This document shows positions 8,128-18,323 of a DNA stretch of 64,000 nucleotides, in pieces. A program made the position numbers and the translations under genes. Positions within the stretch are counted from its first letter, which is position 1, and each line of letters begins with the position of its first letter. The stretch lies in contig QFBQ01000002.1 in assembly GCA_003265885.1 (NCBI GenBank), forward strand, positions 2,358 to 66,357, in the 5' to 3' direction. This DNA comes from Candidatus Marinamargulisbacteria bacterium SCGC AG-343-D04 (GTDB taxonomy: Bacteria; Margulisbacteria; Marinamargulisbacteria; GCA-2716485; GCA-002719695). Under the pieces are notes generated by a model, which saw only the letters and a list, made by a program, of their open reading frames with translations, was not told the DNA's origin and did not search any database.

Positions 8128-9372
8128 TCACTGAAATGGTAAAAGTTTTTCAAACAACTTATTAAAACAGTTTATTAATGAATGTGATGGATCTTGTTTT
8201 TGATGGTGTAAAAAGGCTTTCTTTCCTAAAGATTCAACATGCTTAGGGTTTTGTAGATACTCGTATATTTTTTCTGCTAATTCTTGTGATGAATTTGGAT
8301 CTATAAGATCTCCTGTATTTTGAGGGACTATAGTTTCTAAACTTCCTCCTTCTTTGGCCGCTATTGTAGGTAAACTGTATGAAGCTGCTTCAATAGGAAT
8401 TAAACCCAAAGGCTCCACTCTTGAAACAGATATTACAAAATATGCAGATTTATATAGTAGATCTAACTTGTCATTGCTTAGAAAACCTTTGAAATTTATA
8501 AAAGATAAGACGTCTTGGTTTTTTGCGAAAATTTTCAGCTTTTCATCTAGCTCCCCTGTCCCAATAATATTTACTACAAAATCTTTTGGTTTTAGCTTAT
8601 ATTTTATTTTTAGTTCTTTAATGGCTTTGATGACAATATGAAGGTTTTTAAGCTTTTCTAAACGCGAAATAATGAGAATTTGCTTTTGATTAGTGAGAGG
8701 CTTTTCTTGGTTTTCTTTTTTCTTGTTTTTTAAAATGTTCCCAGGAAAATGTTGCGAGATAGCATCTCGCCCATAAATTTTTTTAACATTTTTTGCCGTA
8801 AATTGACTATTTGCTATCACTTCAGAAATCAAAGTGTTTACAGCGTCATTGTCTTTCTTAATTAGCCATTGCTGACGATTATCTTTTTTATGGCGAGCAT
8901 TTTTGGCTATGATTAAAGGGTTATCTAAAGCGGGGTCAAATTCTAAATTGACTAATCCATTATTAAGTTCTTCTTCATACAAACTTCTTGGCGGTTCATG
9001 GCAACTCCAAATGACCGGTGGGATGTTCTTTCTTTCGCCTTTTGAGGCATAGCTTAGCCATATATTTGCAGGGAAATTATGGCAGTTTATAATGTCATAA
9101 TTCTTTAGTAATGGCCTTATTCTTAAGCCCATAATCCATAAGTTTCGTCGAGCTGTATCATATCCTGGGATAAAGGGAGTTTTGATGGAAATCGTTTTGC
9201 AATGATTCCTATTTAGTTGAGTTTTTACTTCTTTTGAAAAACCGGCTGATATAATATCAACATGATGCCCTTCTTTAATCCATAATTTCGCCATATTTAA
9301 AATAACAACTTCGGCCCCACCTAAAATAGTCATTTTGGGATGTACTATGGCTATTTTGAGAGATTTTTTCAT
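8128..9372 (-). CDS. GT4-family glycosyltransferase
   Basis: 414 aa. The N-terminus is KIAIVHPKMTILGGAEVVILNMA. The C-terminal GT-B motif is SRVEPLGLIPIEAASYSLPTIAAKEGGSLETI (E-x7-E). It is the last gene of the nonulosonic-acid cluster. Confidence 0.8.
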   Translation of the reverse strand: MKKSLKIAIVHPKMTILGGAEVVILNMAKLWIKEGHHVDIISAGFSKEVKTQLNRNHCKTISIKTPFIPGYDTARRNLWIMGLRIRPLLKNYDIINCHNFPANIWLSYASKGERKNIPPVIWSCHEPPRSLYEEELNNGLVNLEFDPALDNPLIIAKNARHKKDNRQQWLIKKDNDAVNTLISEVIANSQFTAKNVKKIYGRDAISQHFPGNILKNKKKENQEKPLTNQKQILIISRLEKLKNLHIVIKAIKELKIKYKLKPKDFVVNIIGTGELDEKLKIFAKNQDVLSFINFKGFLSNDKLDLLYKSAYFVISVSRVEPLGLIPIEAASYSLPTIAAKEGGSLETIVPQNTGDLIDPNSSQELAEKIYEYLQNPKHVESLGKKAFLHHQKQDPSHSLINCFNKLFEKLLPFQ

Positions 9373-9379
9373 TCTAATA

Positions 9380-10411
9380 TCATGAAATCATTTCTAGATT
9401 TAATGGCGTTGCTTTTTTAATGTCTTTCTTAGCCTTCTTATTAAGCATATCTTCAAAATATTTTGGAGCTAAACCATCTCCTGGTCGAATGATTTTAATA
9501 TTGTCTTTTGTAAGAAACTCGCCTTTTTTAATATCTTTTACTACATAAATGGACCGTCTGAAGAGTTTTGATTTTTCTTCATTTTTAGATCCGCCGAACG
9601 ATACTTTACCTAATGCTAAATAGGCTTTTTCGACTTCCTCGACAAGTATTTTCATTTCCGCTGGTTCCATTGAAAACGCAGAATCTACGCCTCCTTCATC
9701 TCGTGATAAGGTGAAGTGTTTTTCTATTACTTTAGCTCCTAAAGCAATACTTGCTATTGCAACACCAATTCCTAATGTATGATCTGATAAACCTACGTCC
9801 ACATTAAATTGTGATTGTAGTTGGGGTATTGTTTTAAGATTGCAATCTTTTGGCGATGCTGGATATGTACTAGTACATTTTAAAAGGTATAGATTTTTGT
9901 TTCCATTTTCTTTTGCTGTGGTAACCATATCATGAATTTCTGATTCTGTAGCCATGCCTGTTGATATAATAAGTGGTTTTCCTGTTTGAGCGACTTTTTT
10001 AATTAATGGTAAATGTGTGTTTTCAAATGATGCGATTTTATAGGCCGGGACATTCAGTGATTCTAAAAAATCAACGGAGGTATCATCAAATGGTGTTGAA
10101 AAGCAATCAATTTGAAGATCTTTGCACTTTTTAAATATGGGTTCGTGCCATTCCCATGGAGTATGAGCTTTTTGATAAAGGTCATAGAGGGTTTCTCCAT
10201 GCCATAAACTATTTGGATCATTTATCTTAAATATACCTTCATTTGATTGAATGGTCATGGTATCTGCGGTATATGTTTGTATTTTTATAGCATCAACGCC
10301 AGTTTCAGCTGCAGCTTCTATAATTTTCATAGCTCTATCAAGTGATTGGTTGTGATTCCCTGACATTTCAGCAATAATATAAGGTTTTTCTAGATTATTT
10401 AGTTTAGTCAT
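9380..10411 (-). CDS. pseI: pseudaminic acid synthase (NeuB family with C-terminal SAF domain)
   Basis: 343 aa. Motifs are KPYIIAEMSGNHNQSLDRAMKIIEAAAETGVDAIKIQTYTADTMT and LSDHTLG, with a SAF-like C-terminus (RSIYVVKDIKKGEFLTKDNIKIIRPG). It is clustered with pseB, pseC and pseG. Confidence 0.88.
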   Translation of the reverse strand: MTKLNNLEKPYIIAEMSGNHNQSLDRAMKIIEAAAETGVDAIKIQTYTADTMTIQSNEGIFKINDPNSLWHGETLYDLYQKAHTPWEWHEPIFKKCKDLQIDCFSTPFDDTSVDFLESLNVPAYKIASFENTHLPLIKKVAQTGKPLIISTGMATESEIHDMVTTAKENGNKNLYLLKCTSTYPASPKDCNLKTIPQLQSQFNVDVGLSDHTLGIGVAIASIALGAKVIEKHFTLSRDEGGVDSAFSMEPAEMKILVEEVEKAYLALGKVSFGGSKNEEKSKLFRRSIYVVKDIKKGEFLTKDNIKIIRPGDGLAPKYFEDMLNKKAKKDIKKATPLNLEMIS

Positions 10412-10421
10412 ACGCTTTATT

Positions 10422-11942
10422 TTATATTATTTTTTTTCTAAATAATACTACTCTTTCTTTATTTTTATTATTGTGTTTATCGATAGTGACTTTTATTATA
10501 CTACGGTACTTTTTAAAACCTAGCTCTTTAAATGTATAAATTGATGATACGTTTGTTTCTTTTATTTCAGCTTTTATATATTCACACTCATTCCACTTTC
10601 TTTTTATTTTTATCAATCCTTCTTCTATGAGCACCTTCCCTAAACCGAGTCCTCGAAATTTTTTAGATATATATATATTTGCAATAATTGTTTTCTTTTG
10701 TTTCTCAAATCTTACTTGGCCTACAGTTTCGTCGTTGATTTTAAAAATATACATTTTACATCGTGTTGATTGTATTTTTCTTTTGAGCCATGTTTGATGT
10801 TCTTCCATCGAAATTTGTCTAGAATTAAAAGATTGTTGTCTTACTTCTGGATCGTTTATTAATTGTAGTAATATTAATTTATCTTTTAAATTTACGCTTT
10901 GAATACGAAGTTTAGGTTTTAAAATTAATTCTAGTTGAAGATGTTTTTTTAATTTAGATTTATGACCTATTTTTATATTCTGAATAATGGATGATCTTTT
11001 TTTTGAGCTCTTTAACTGATTAAAATACTTAATCGTTAATTGTGGATCTTTTTTTTCTTGAGTAAGAGCTAACGCTTCTTTTTTCAAATACTCAAGTAAG
11101 AATTTTTGATTTTCATAGTATTTAATAATAATTGATGGGGTTCGAAAAAGTAGAAGCTCATGTACAGTAGTTCCGCAGGCGGATATGGCGATATCAGTCT
11201 TTTTTAATAGAGTTGAATAATTATCGCTTGTGATATTGTTATGGATCTTTATAGTGCAATTCATTTCTTTTGAGTACTCTTCGATACTTTTTAGATTTGG
11301 GTTAATGGGGCTTATTAAAACGTGTACGATTAGATTTTGATTTATTTTGATATTCATATTCAAAATTTTTAGGGTAGCAAGAGTTTCATTGTTGCTATCT
11401 CCAGCCCCAAATACAACTAAAATATTTCTAATTTCTTTATTTATTTTGATATTTTTTTTATTTAATCTTAATTTTCGTCTAATTGCGGCAAATTGTGGAC
11501 CTAGTAGAAGTTTTGTATAACTCTCAGATGAGTATAGAGTATGCTCTTGAGTGTTTTGATTAATAATAATATCAGATACGAAATGATAAGGTGCGTAATC
11601 ATCAACACTTATGAGTTTGAAATCTGCCTTTTTTATTTTTTTTTGGTAATCTGTATGAAATTGGTAACCATCTAAGATTATCCATTTACAGCGTTCTTTT
11701 TTTGCAATTTCAATTGTGAATTCTGCATCTGACTCAATTGTCTTATCTGTTTTTTTAGGCCAAGAGATATAATTGATATTTTCACTTTTAAGCGTATCTA
11801 TTAACCCCTTACTCTCTGTTTGTGTTAATATAAAAGGATCTAAGTTCAAGTCTTGTAAATGTTGAGCAAAAGCGATTTGTCTTATTAAATGACCAGCTCC
11901 CATTTCTTTAGAGGCATCTGCTCTAATTAATATTTTTTCCAT
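10422..11942 (-). CDS. pseG: fusion of PseG-like UDP-sugar hydrolase and PseH-like GNAT N-acetyltransferase
   Basis: 506 aa. The N-terminal half is MEKILIRADASKEMGAGHLIRQIAFAQHL (PseG/SpsG-type). The C-terminal ~170 aa form a GNAT fold (VGQVRFEKQ...YISKKFRGLGLGKVLIEEG...NVSSIYTFKELGFKK). The start codon shares one nucleotide with the upstream stop (TAATG). Confidence 0.8.
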   Translation of the reverse strand: MEKILIRADASKEMGAGHLIRQIAFAQHLQDLNLDPFILTQTESKGLIDTLKSENINYISWPKKTDKTIESDAEFTIEIAKKERCKWIILDGYQFHTDYQKKIKKADFKLISVDDYAPYHFVSDIIINQNTQEHTLYSSESYTKLLLGPQFAAIRRKLRLNKKNIKINKEIRNILVVFGAGDSNNETLATLKILNMNIKINQNLIVHVLISPINPNLKSIEEYSKEMNCTIKIHNNITSDNYSTLLKKTDIAISACGTTVHELLLFRTPSIIIKYYENQKFLLEYLKKEALALTQEKKDPQLTIKYFNQLKSSKKRSSIIQNIKIGHKSKLKKHLQLELILKPKLRIQSVNLKDKLILLQLINDPEVRQQSFNSRQISMEEHQTWLKRKIQSTRCKMYIFKINDETVGQVRFEKQKKTIIANIYISKKFRGLGLGKVLIEEGLIKIKRKWNECEYIKAEIKETNVSSIYTFKELGFKKYRSIIKVTIDKHNNKNKERVVLFRKKII

Positions 11943-13243
11943 TATCTAACTTTAAATAACGTTTCAAGTTTTGAACAATTTAACATGTTTGAAATAGAAT
12001 TATTCGATAATCCCTTTAATACTTTATCAAAGTAATGTTCATAGGCTTTCATTAGAACATTAATATGTAATTTTGTATGTGCATAACTTATATTGTGAGA
12101 ACCTAAAGTTAAAATCCCTTTTCCAAACATTTCTTGCAATAACAATGTTTTTAATTCAAGTGAGGAGGAGTTCCTGCTATCTGCAATTTGCAAAAAAGAC
12201 CATGGAGCCAAGCCCGTTACAGAAAATATGTTTTTAAGTTTTTTTTGTTTGATTAATTCACCAAGTTCATTTTGAAGTAAGTTTCCAGTTTCCCATATTT
12301 TTTTAACTATAGGTTTTTCTTTTAGTTTATTTAATACAACTTTTGCGGCAGCTAAAGATAATGTTTCTCCACTAAATGTTCCTGAAAAAAAGATTTCTTC
12401 CATTAACATCATAATATCTTTTTTTCCGACAATTGCAGATAACGGGTACCCATTAGCAATTCCTTTTCCAAAAGTTGCTAAATCAGGAGTTACGTTAAAA
12501 TATTCTTGAGCTCCTCCATTTGCATATCTAAATCCAGTAATTGTCTCATCAAATATAAGAACACAATTATTTCTCTTTGCAATCTCCTGAACTTTTTGCA
12601 AGAAATCATCTTTAGGTTCTGTAATATTCATAGGCTCTAAAATAATTCCTGCAATTTTTTTAGGATGCTTATTAAAAATAGATTGTAACGATGAGATATC
12701 GTTATATTTAAATGTATGTGTCAATGCTTTGGTGGATTCTGGAATACCTAAATCTCTACTTGTAGATCCAATATACCAATCTTGCCAGCCATGATATCCG
12801 CATACTGCGATATGTTCTTTATTAGTGTAGGCTCTTGCAAGACGAATTGCTGCAGAAGTAGCGTCTGTTCCGTTTTTACCAAATCGAACCATTTCTGCAC
12901 AAGGTACCATTGCACAGATGAGTTCAGATACCTCACACTCTAAAGTTGTGGATAAGGAAAAGATAGTTCCTTTTTTTAATTGCTTTTGAACCTCTCTTGT
13001 AACATCTGGGTCATTATACCCTAGCGTAACTGAAGCTAAAGAATTTATAAAATCGATATATTCGTTACCATCAATATCATAAAGAAGGGCCCCGTTTGCA
13101 TGTGATGCAAAAAAAGGCGAAACCCCTATAGGAAATTGGGTTTTACTTTTACTAAATGTTTGAGCCCCTAAGGGAATGGTTTTTTCCGCTCTTTTTAGCC
13201 ATTTTTCTGATTTTGAATATCGTTGAATATCTTCTTTAGTCAT
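11942..13243 (-). CDS. class-III (glutamate-1-semialdehyde aminomutase-like) PLP aminotransferase
   Basis: The motifs FSKSKTQFP...GNEYIDF, GTDATSAAIRLARAYT, IFDETITGFR and TFGKGIANGYPLSA (PLP lysine context) are typical of the family. I place the start at ATG 13243 (MTKEDIQRY...). That gives an 8-nt overlap with the upstream stop, whereas the track start at 13273 would give 38 nt. Confidence 0.8.
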   Translation of the reverse strand: MTKEDIQRYSKSEKWLKRAEKTIPLGAQTFSKSKTQFPIGVSPFFASHANGALLYDIDGNEYIDFINSLASVTLGYNDPDVTREVQKQLKKGTIFSLSTTLECEVSELICAMVPCAEMVRFGKNGTDATSAAIRLARAYTNKEHIAVCGYHGWQDWYIGSTSRDLGIPESTKALTHTFKYNDISSLQSIFNKHPKKIAGIILEPMNITEPKDDFLQKVQEIAKRNNCVLIFDETITGFRYANGGAQEYFNVTPDLATFGKGIANGYPLSAIVGKKDIMMLMEEIFFSGTFSGETLSLAAAKVVLNKLKEKPIVKKIWETGNLLQNELGELIKQKKLKNIFSVTGLAPWSFLQIADSRNSSSLELKTLLLQEMFGKGILTLGSHNISYAHTKLHINVLMKAYEHYFDKVLKGLSNNSISNMLNCSKLETLFKVR

Positions 13244-14018
13244 ATTTATTATCTTTTTTATTATACCCTTCATTTCGAGGGATTTCTTTATTTATTTCCA
13301 ATAGTTCGGGCTTTTTCTCTAGGAGCTGAATAATGTCTCTAGTAGAAAAATTAGGATCTTTTACGTATAAAGCTTCATAAATTTTTGTGATGAACTCCAA
13401 ATCTTTTGCCTCATCTAATGTCCATCTATAATGAGAATAGTCTTCTTCTTGTTGAAAATTGCCGCATGAAAACAGATCTTTATTATCCCTAATGAATGGA
13501 GTGACATGTTCTCTTTCCATAGGTTTCTTCGCTTCTAAATAAGCTTTTTTTAATGCTGAAAATGTCATGACTTCAACATCCAGTCCATCAGGAAAGGTTT
13601 CAGGGAACCCATTACTTAGGTAATCAAATGATTGTGTTTTAAAATAGTGAATAGCATAGTCTATTAAATCAGGGTCATGTAACGGACAATCCCCTGTTAG
13701 ACGAACAATAATGTCTACTGAGTTACTGGATAAGGCGGCATGATAATATCTATCTAAAACATCGCTAGGGTGGCCACGAAAACATGTGATATTGCACTTT
13801 TTGCATATTTCTTCTAAGTAATTATCTTGCTCTAAATTTGTTGTTGCTACTAATAAATGATGTTCTGATTTTATTCGTTTCAGTCTTTCGATCATGAGCT
13901 CAAGAGTACTTTTGTTATTAATAATTTTTTTTCCCATTTTCCCCGGAAGTCGAGAGGACCCCATTCTTGCTTGAAGAATTATAAGTGTTTTTGATTTTTT
14001 TTGAACTAAATTATTCAT
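13236..14018 (-). CDS. SpsF-like cytidylyltransferase (probable CMP-nonulosonic acid synthetase of the cluster)
   Basis: 260 aa. Motifs are LIILQARMGSSRLPGKM and VRLTGDCPLHDPDLID, as in SpsF/FlmC-type acylneuraminate cytidylyltransferase-family proteins. No canonical PseF (PARGGSKR type) is present elsewhere in the cluster. Confidence 0.7.
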   Translation of the reverse strand: MNNLVQKKSKTLIILQARMGSSRLPGKMGKKIINNKSTLELMIERLKRIKSEHHLLVATTNLEQDNYLEEICKKCNITCFRGHPSDVLDRYYHAALSSNSVDIIVRLTGDCPLHDPDLIDYAIHYFKTQSFDYLSNGFPETFPDGLDVEVMTFSALKKAYLEAKKPMEREHVTPFIRDNKDLFSCGNFQQEEDYSHYRWTLDEAKDLEFITKIYEALYVKDPNFSTRDIIQLLEKKPELLEINKEIPRNEGYNKKDNKYD

Positions 14019-14136
14019 GATTTCTATTATATGTGTATTGTGTTTGATTGTCCAAATTAGTAGAAAACTTTTTTCTGAAAATGGTGAGATTTATGAAGAA
14101 ATGATATTATACATTAAAAATATTAAGGAACTATTT

Positions 14137-15216
14137 ATGAATCTAATCTATAAAAATGATCCCTCATTTGATGATTTGTTTGAAAGTATTCAAATTACAT
14201 TTTCTAATATGACTTATGCGTATACTACATTGATTCAAAACTATTTTTCTATATACTCTAATATTAAAGAGAATCTTTCATTTATTATAGAAATTGATAA
14301 TAAACCGGTAGCATTCTGTCCATTATTTTTGGAAATTAATAATTCTCAAAACATGTTTACTTTATCTCAGAGTTTTTTACCTGCCCCACTTTTTTTTCCG
14401 GGATTGGGACAAAAAATAATGAATAAAGTTACAACTTTATTAATGGCCACTATTGATGAGTTAGCATTTCGCTATGATGTAACTAAGCACTGTGTAAGAA
14501 TTGACCCTTTACTTGATTATGATGGAGTTTCATCTAACTGGCTCCTTAAATATGGATATCTTGGAACATCTATTCATACTCAAATTTTAGATTTAAGAAA
14601 ACCTTTATCTGATATTTTTTCAAAAGTAAGTAAGGGCCATAAAAGTGATATTAAAAAGGCTCAAAAGCATTTTTCTGTTTATGTTTGGGATAGGACAAAT
14701 GCTGATTTTGAATGTTTTGAAAATTACAGAAAACTTCATCATAAAGCTGCAGGGAAAGTGACTAGACCTCTAGAAACTTTTTCCCTTCAGTTTGAAGGTA
14801 TTAAGCAAGATAAAGCTATTCTAGTTGGTATAAAATATAAAGAGGACTGGATTGCATATTCGTATTTTTCTCATGTAAATAATTGTATTTATTATGGTTC
14901 TGCTTCGGATGATCCTGACTTTTCAGAATTACCAGCTTCTTGTGGGCATCTGCAGTTATGGACTGCTATAGAGTATTATCATCAGCGAGGGTTTCATTTT
15001 CTGGAGACAGGCTGGCAACATTATGGGCCTCAGCTTTTAGATTATCCGTCTGCTAAGGAAATTCATATTTCAAAATTCAAAAAAGGTTTTGGGGGAGAAA
15101 CCTTGCCTTTTTTTAGAGCAGTAAAATACTACTCTGAGAAAGCTTTCATTGAAGATGTCGATACTTTCAAACAAAAACAACTGGAGTTTATCAATTCCAC
15201 TCAGAAGGATTTGTGA
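14137..15216 (+). CDS. FemAB-family-like (GNAT-fold) aminoacyl/acyl transferase
   Basis: The central and C-terminal regions (KGHKSDIKKAQK...NYRKLHHKAAGK...ILVGIKYKEDWIAYSYF...IYYGSASD...LQLWTAIEYYHQRGFHFLETG) resemble FemA/FemB/FemX-type transferases. This is a weak motif-level call. I moved the start to ATG 14137, which has an AAGGAA RBS 8 nt upstream. It is the only + strand gene inside the cluster. Confidence 0.55.
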   Translation: MNLIYKNDPSFDDLFESIQITFSNMTYAYTTLIQNYFSIYSNIKENLSFIIEIDNKPVAFCPLFLEINNSQNMFTLSQSFLPAPLFFPGLGQKIMNKVTTLLMATIDELAFRYDVTKHCVRIDPLLDYDGVSSNWLLKYGYLGTSIHTQILDLRKPLSDIFSKVSKGHKSDIKKAQKHFSVYVWDRTNADFECFENYRKLHHKAAGKVTRPLETFSLQFEGIKQDKAILVGIKYKEDWIAYSYFSHVNNCIYYGSASDDPDFSELPASCGHLQLWTAIEYYHQRGFHFLETGWQHYGPQLLDYPSAKEIHISKFKKGFGGETLPFFRAVKYYSEKAFIEDVDTFKQKQLEFINSTQKDL

Positions 15217-16114
15217 TTTGTGGATATAAAAATGGGGCTATTTTTTTTCGAATGTTTTCGCAATCTTTTAAACTAAGTGTTTTCCTATCAAACAACTTTA
15301 TATTTTGCCTCAGTTGATTTTTGTTGTCTACGCCAATAACTAATGGGCATTGAATTGTATGTGCAATGTCAAATGCAAGTTCCTTTCTTGACTTATTAAG
15401 TTCATAAGATACTTTATTCCATTCATTGGATAGTTGAAAGGCGTTATTCATCTTCTTTTTTACATCATCTGGGCTCATTAATAATAATCCTTGCAAAAAA
15501 ATACTTCTTATAAAACATAATGTATTTTTTTGAATGGCTAATTGTTGAATTTCTTTTGTAAGAAATCGTTGATCCCAGGCATTAAAAGGCATTTGTATAA
15601 AATCTATTTTGGGATTATTAATGGCTGTTTTAGCGGCCTCTATACTATAAAGGGAAACGCCTGCAAACTGAATTAATTTTTCTTCTTTAGCTCTATCAAT
15701 GACAGGTTGAATGTGTTTCCACAGATCCAACCAAGTTTCATCATGCGCCATTATTCCCCATAGAGGAGCTCCAAGTCTATTTACTGATTTTTTAATGGAG
15801 TGGTATAGTTCTTCTCCATTGTTTGGATCTAATTGAGGATCCCACTTGCTAATGACGTTGACTTGTTTTTGTAGAGATTTTTTTTTAAAAGCTTCTCCTA
15901 ATAAAGTCTCTGAGTCCCCATAAGCTTGGGCTGTGTCAAAAAAGCATATCCCATGATCTATAGCATCTTCGACTATTTGAAAAATCTCTTTATTTTTGGG
16001 TTTTCCAGACGTATTTGAAATGCCATAGTCTAATCCTAACTGAACAGTTCCTAAGACAAATTGGGGGATTTCAATCCCTCGCCATTGAATTGACCTAATC
16101 AATCTTTTAGACAT
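15191..16114 (-). CDS. aldo/keto reductase
   Basis: 307 aa. Motifs LGTVQLGLDYG and FFDTAQAYGDSETLLGEAF indicate an AKR fold. It overlaps the pseC stop by 16 nt and the convergent FemAB-like gene by 26 nt. Confidence 0.8.
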   Translation of the reverse strand: MSKRLIRSIQWRGIEIPQFVLGTVQLGLDYGISNTSGKPKNKEIFQIVEDAIDHGICFFDTAQAYGDSETLLGEAFKKKSLQKQVNVISKWDPQLDPNNGEELYHSIKKSVNRLGAPLWGIMAHDETWLDLWKHIQPVIDRAKEEKLIQFAGVSLYSIEAAKTAINNPKIDFIQMPFNAWDQRFLTKEIQQLAIQKNTLCFIRSIFLQGLLLMSPDDVKKKMNNAFQLSNEWNKVSYELNKSRKELAFDIAHTIQCPLVIGVDNKNQLRQNIKLFDRKTLSLKDCENIRKKIAPFLYPQITNPSEWN

Positions 16115-17241
16115 TTTATAGCTGAAACTACGGTTTTAATATCAGTTTCAGACATTTTCGGAAAAATAGGTATACTGAGAGCTTTACTATAATACTCTTC
16201 ACAGTTCGGAAAGTGCTTTTGTTTATACCCTAATTGTTTATAATAAGGCTGCTTATAAACAGGGATATAATGTACTTGAGACCCTATACCCTTTTCTTTT
16301 AACTCTTGCATAACTTCTTGACGTGTCTTTCCAATCATTTGATAGTCAATAGATGTAACATATAAGTGATAGGAAGATTCATCAGTTTTTGTGTCTAAAA
16401 TGTTGACCCCATCAATATTATTAAACTCTTTATTATATATACCTGCAATATGTTGACGTTTTTGTGTGAATGTCTTTAATTTTTTTAGTTGTGAAATTCC
16501 TAGAGCTGCTTGTATATCTGTTAATCTATAGTTATATCCTAAAAGTTGCATTTCATAATACCAAGGACCTTCATTATCTTTTAGTTTACTTTCTTCTTTT
16601 GTAATACCATGACTTCTCAACATCACTAATTTATCATAGAGTTCTTTGTCATTTGTTGTTATTGCCCCTCCTTCTCCTGTTGCGATAGGTTTTACAGGAT
16701 GAAAGCTAAAGGTACACATATCGGAAAACTCACAGTTTCCAATGGGTTTTCCATTATAACTTCCTCCAAGAGCATGGCTTCCATCTTCAATGATTTTTGT
16801 GTCGAATTCTTCTGCAATGCGATGAATTTTTTTCATATTACAACTTTGACCAGCAAAATGAACTGGAATAATAACTCGAGTATCTTTTGAAATAAGCTTG
16901 ACTATATTGTTGGGATCAATATTTCCTGTTTTATTATCTATATCTGCAAATAAAACTTTGCTTCCACAATATAATGCTGAATTACTGGTAGCAACAAATG
17001 TATTAGGCGTAGTGATGACGTTATGAGTGTTATTGGTTTTGCACGCAAGCATTGCTAAGTGTAGTGCGGCAGTTCCGTTAGAAACAGCTACTGCATATTT
17101 AGCTCCCGTAAACTCACATAGAGCTTCTTCAAATTCTTTAACTTTTGGCCCTTGAGTTAAATAAGGGCTTCTTAAAGTGTTTATAACTGTCTGAATATCT
17201 TCTTCATCAACACTTTGACATGAATATGGTAAGAAAGACAT
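16099..17241 (-). CDS. pseC: DegT/DnrJ/EryC1-family aminotransferase, PseC-like (UDP-4-amino-4,6-dideoxy-N-acetyl-beta-L-altrosamine transaminase)
   Basis: 380 aa. FLPYSCQSVDEEDIQTVINTLRSPYLTQGPKVKEFEEAL...AVSNGTAALHLA matches the PseC N-terminal pattern. SFHPVKPI gives the PLP lysine context. It lies directly downstream of pseB. Confidence 0.85.
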   Translation of the reverse strand: MSFLPYSCQSVDEEDIQTVINTLRSPYLTQGPKVKEFEEALCEFTGAKYAVAVSNGTAALHLAMLACKTNNTHNVITTPNTFVATSNSALYCGSKVLFADIDNKTGNIDPNNIVKLISKDTRVIIPVHFAGQSCNMKKIHRIAEEFDTKIIEDGSHALGGSYNGKPIGNCEFSDMCTFSFHPVKPIATGEGGAITTNDKELYDKLVMLRSHGITKEESKLKDNEGPWYYEMQLLGYNYRLTDIQAALGISQLKKLKTFTQKRQHIAGIYNKEFNNIDGVNILDTKTDESSYHLYVTSIDYQMIGKTRQEVMQELKEKGIGSQVHYIPVYKQPYYKQLGYKQKHFPNCEEYYSKALSIPIFPKMSETDIKTVVSAIKCLKD

Positions 17242-17256
17242 GTTATATGAGTATCA

Positions 17257-18237
<981 letters not shown>

Positions 18238-18323
18238 TCATTAATCCAATTATAGTTTTGAGTGTTAAAATTAATTATATTAGTATAGCTTTAAATATAT
18301 ATAAAATCTAGTAAACGACAGTG

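Noticed and set aside
14017-14136. 40-codon N-terminal extension of the FemAB-like ORF as given in the track
   Set aside because: It would place the start back-to-back with the divergent cytidylyltransferase start, leaving no promoter space. It also encodes an odd hydrophobic peptide. ATG 14137 has an AAGGAA RBS at good spacing.
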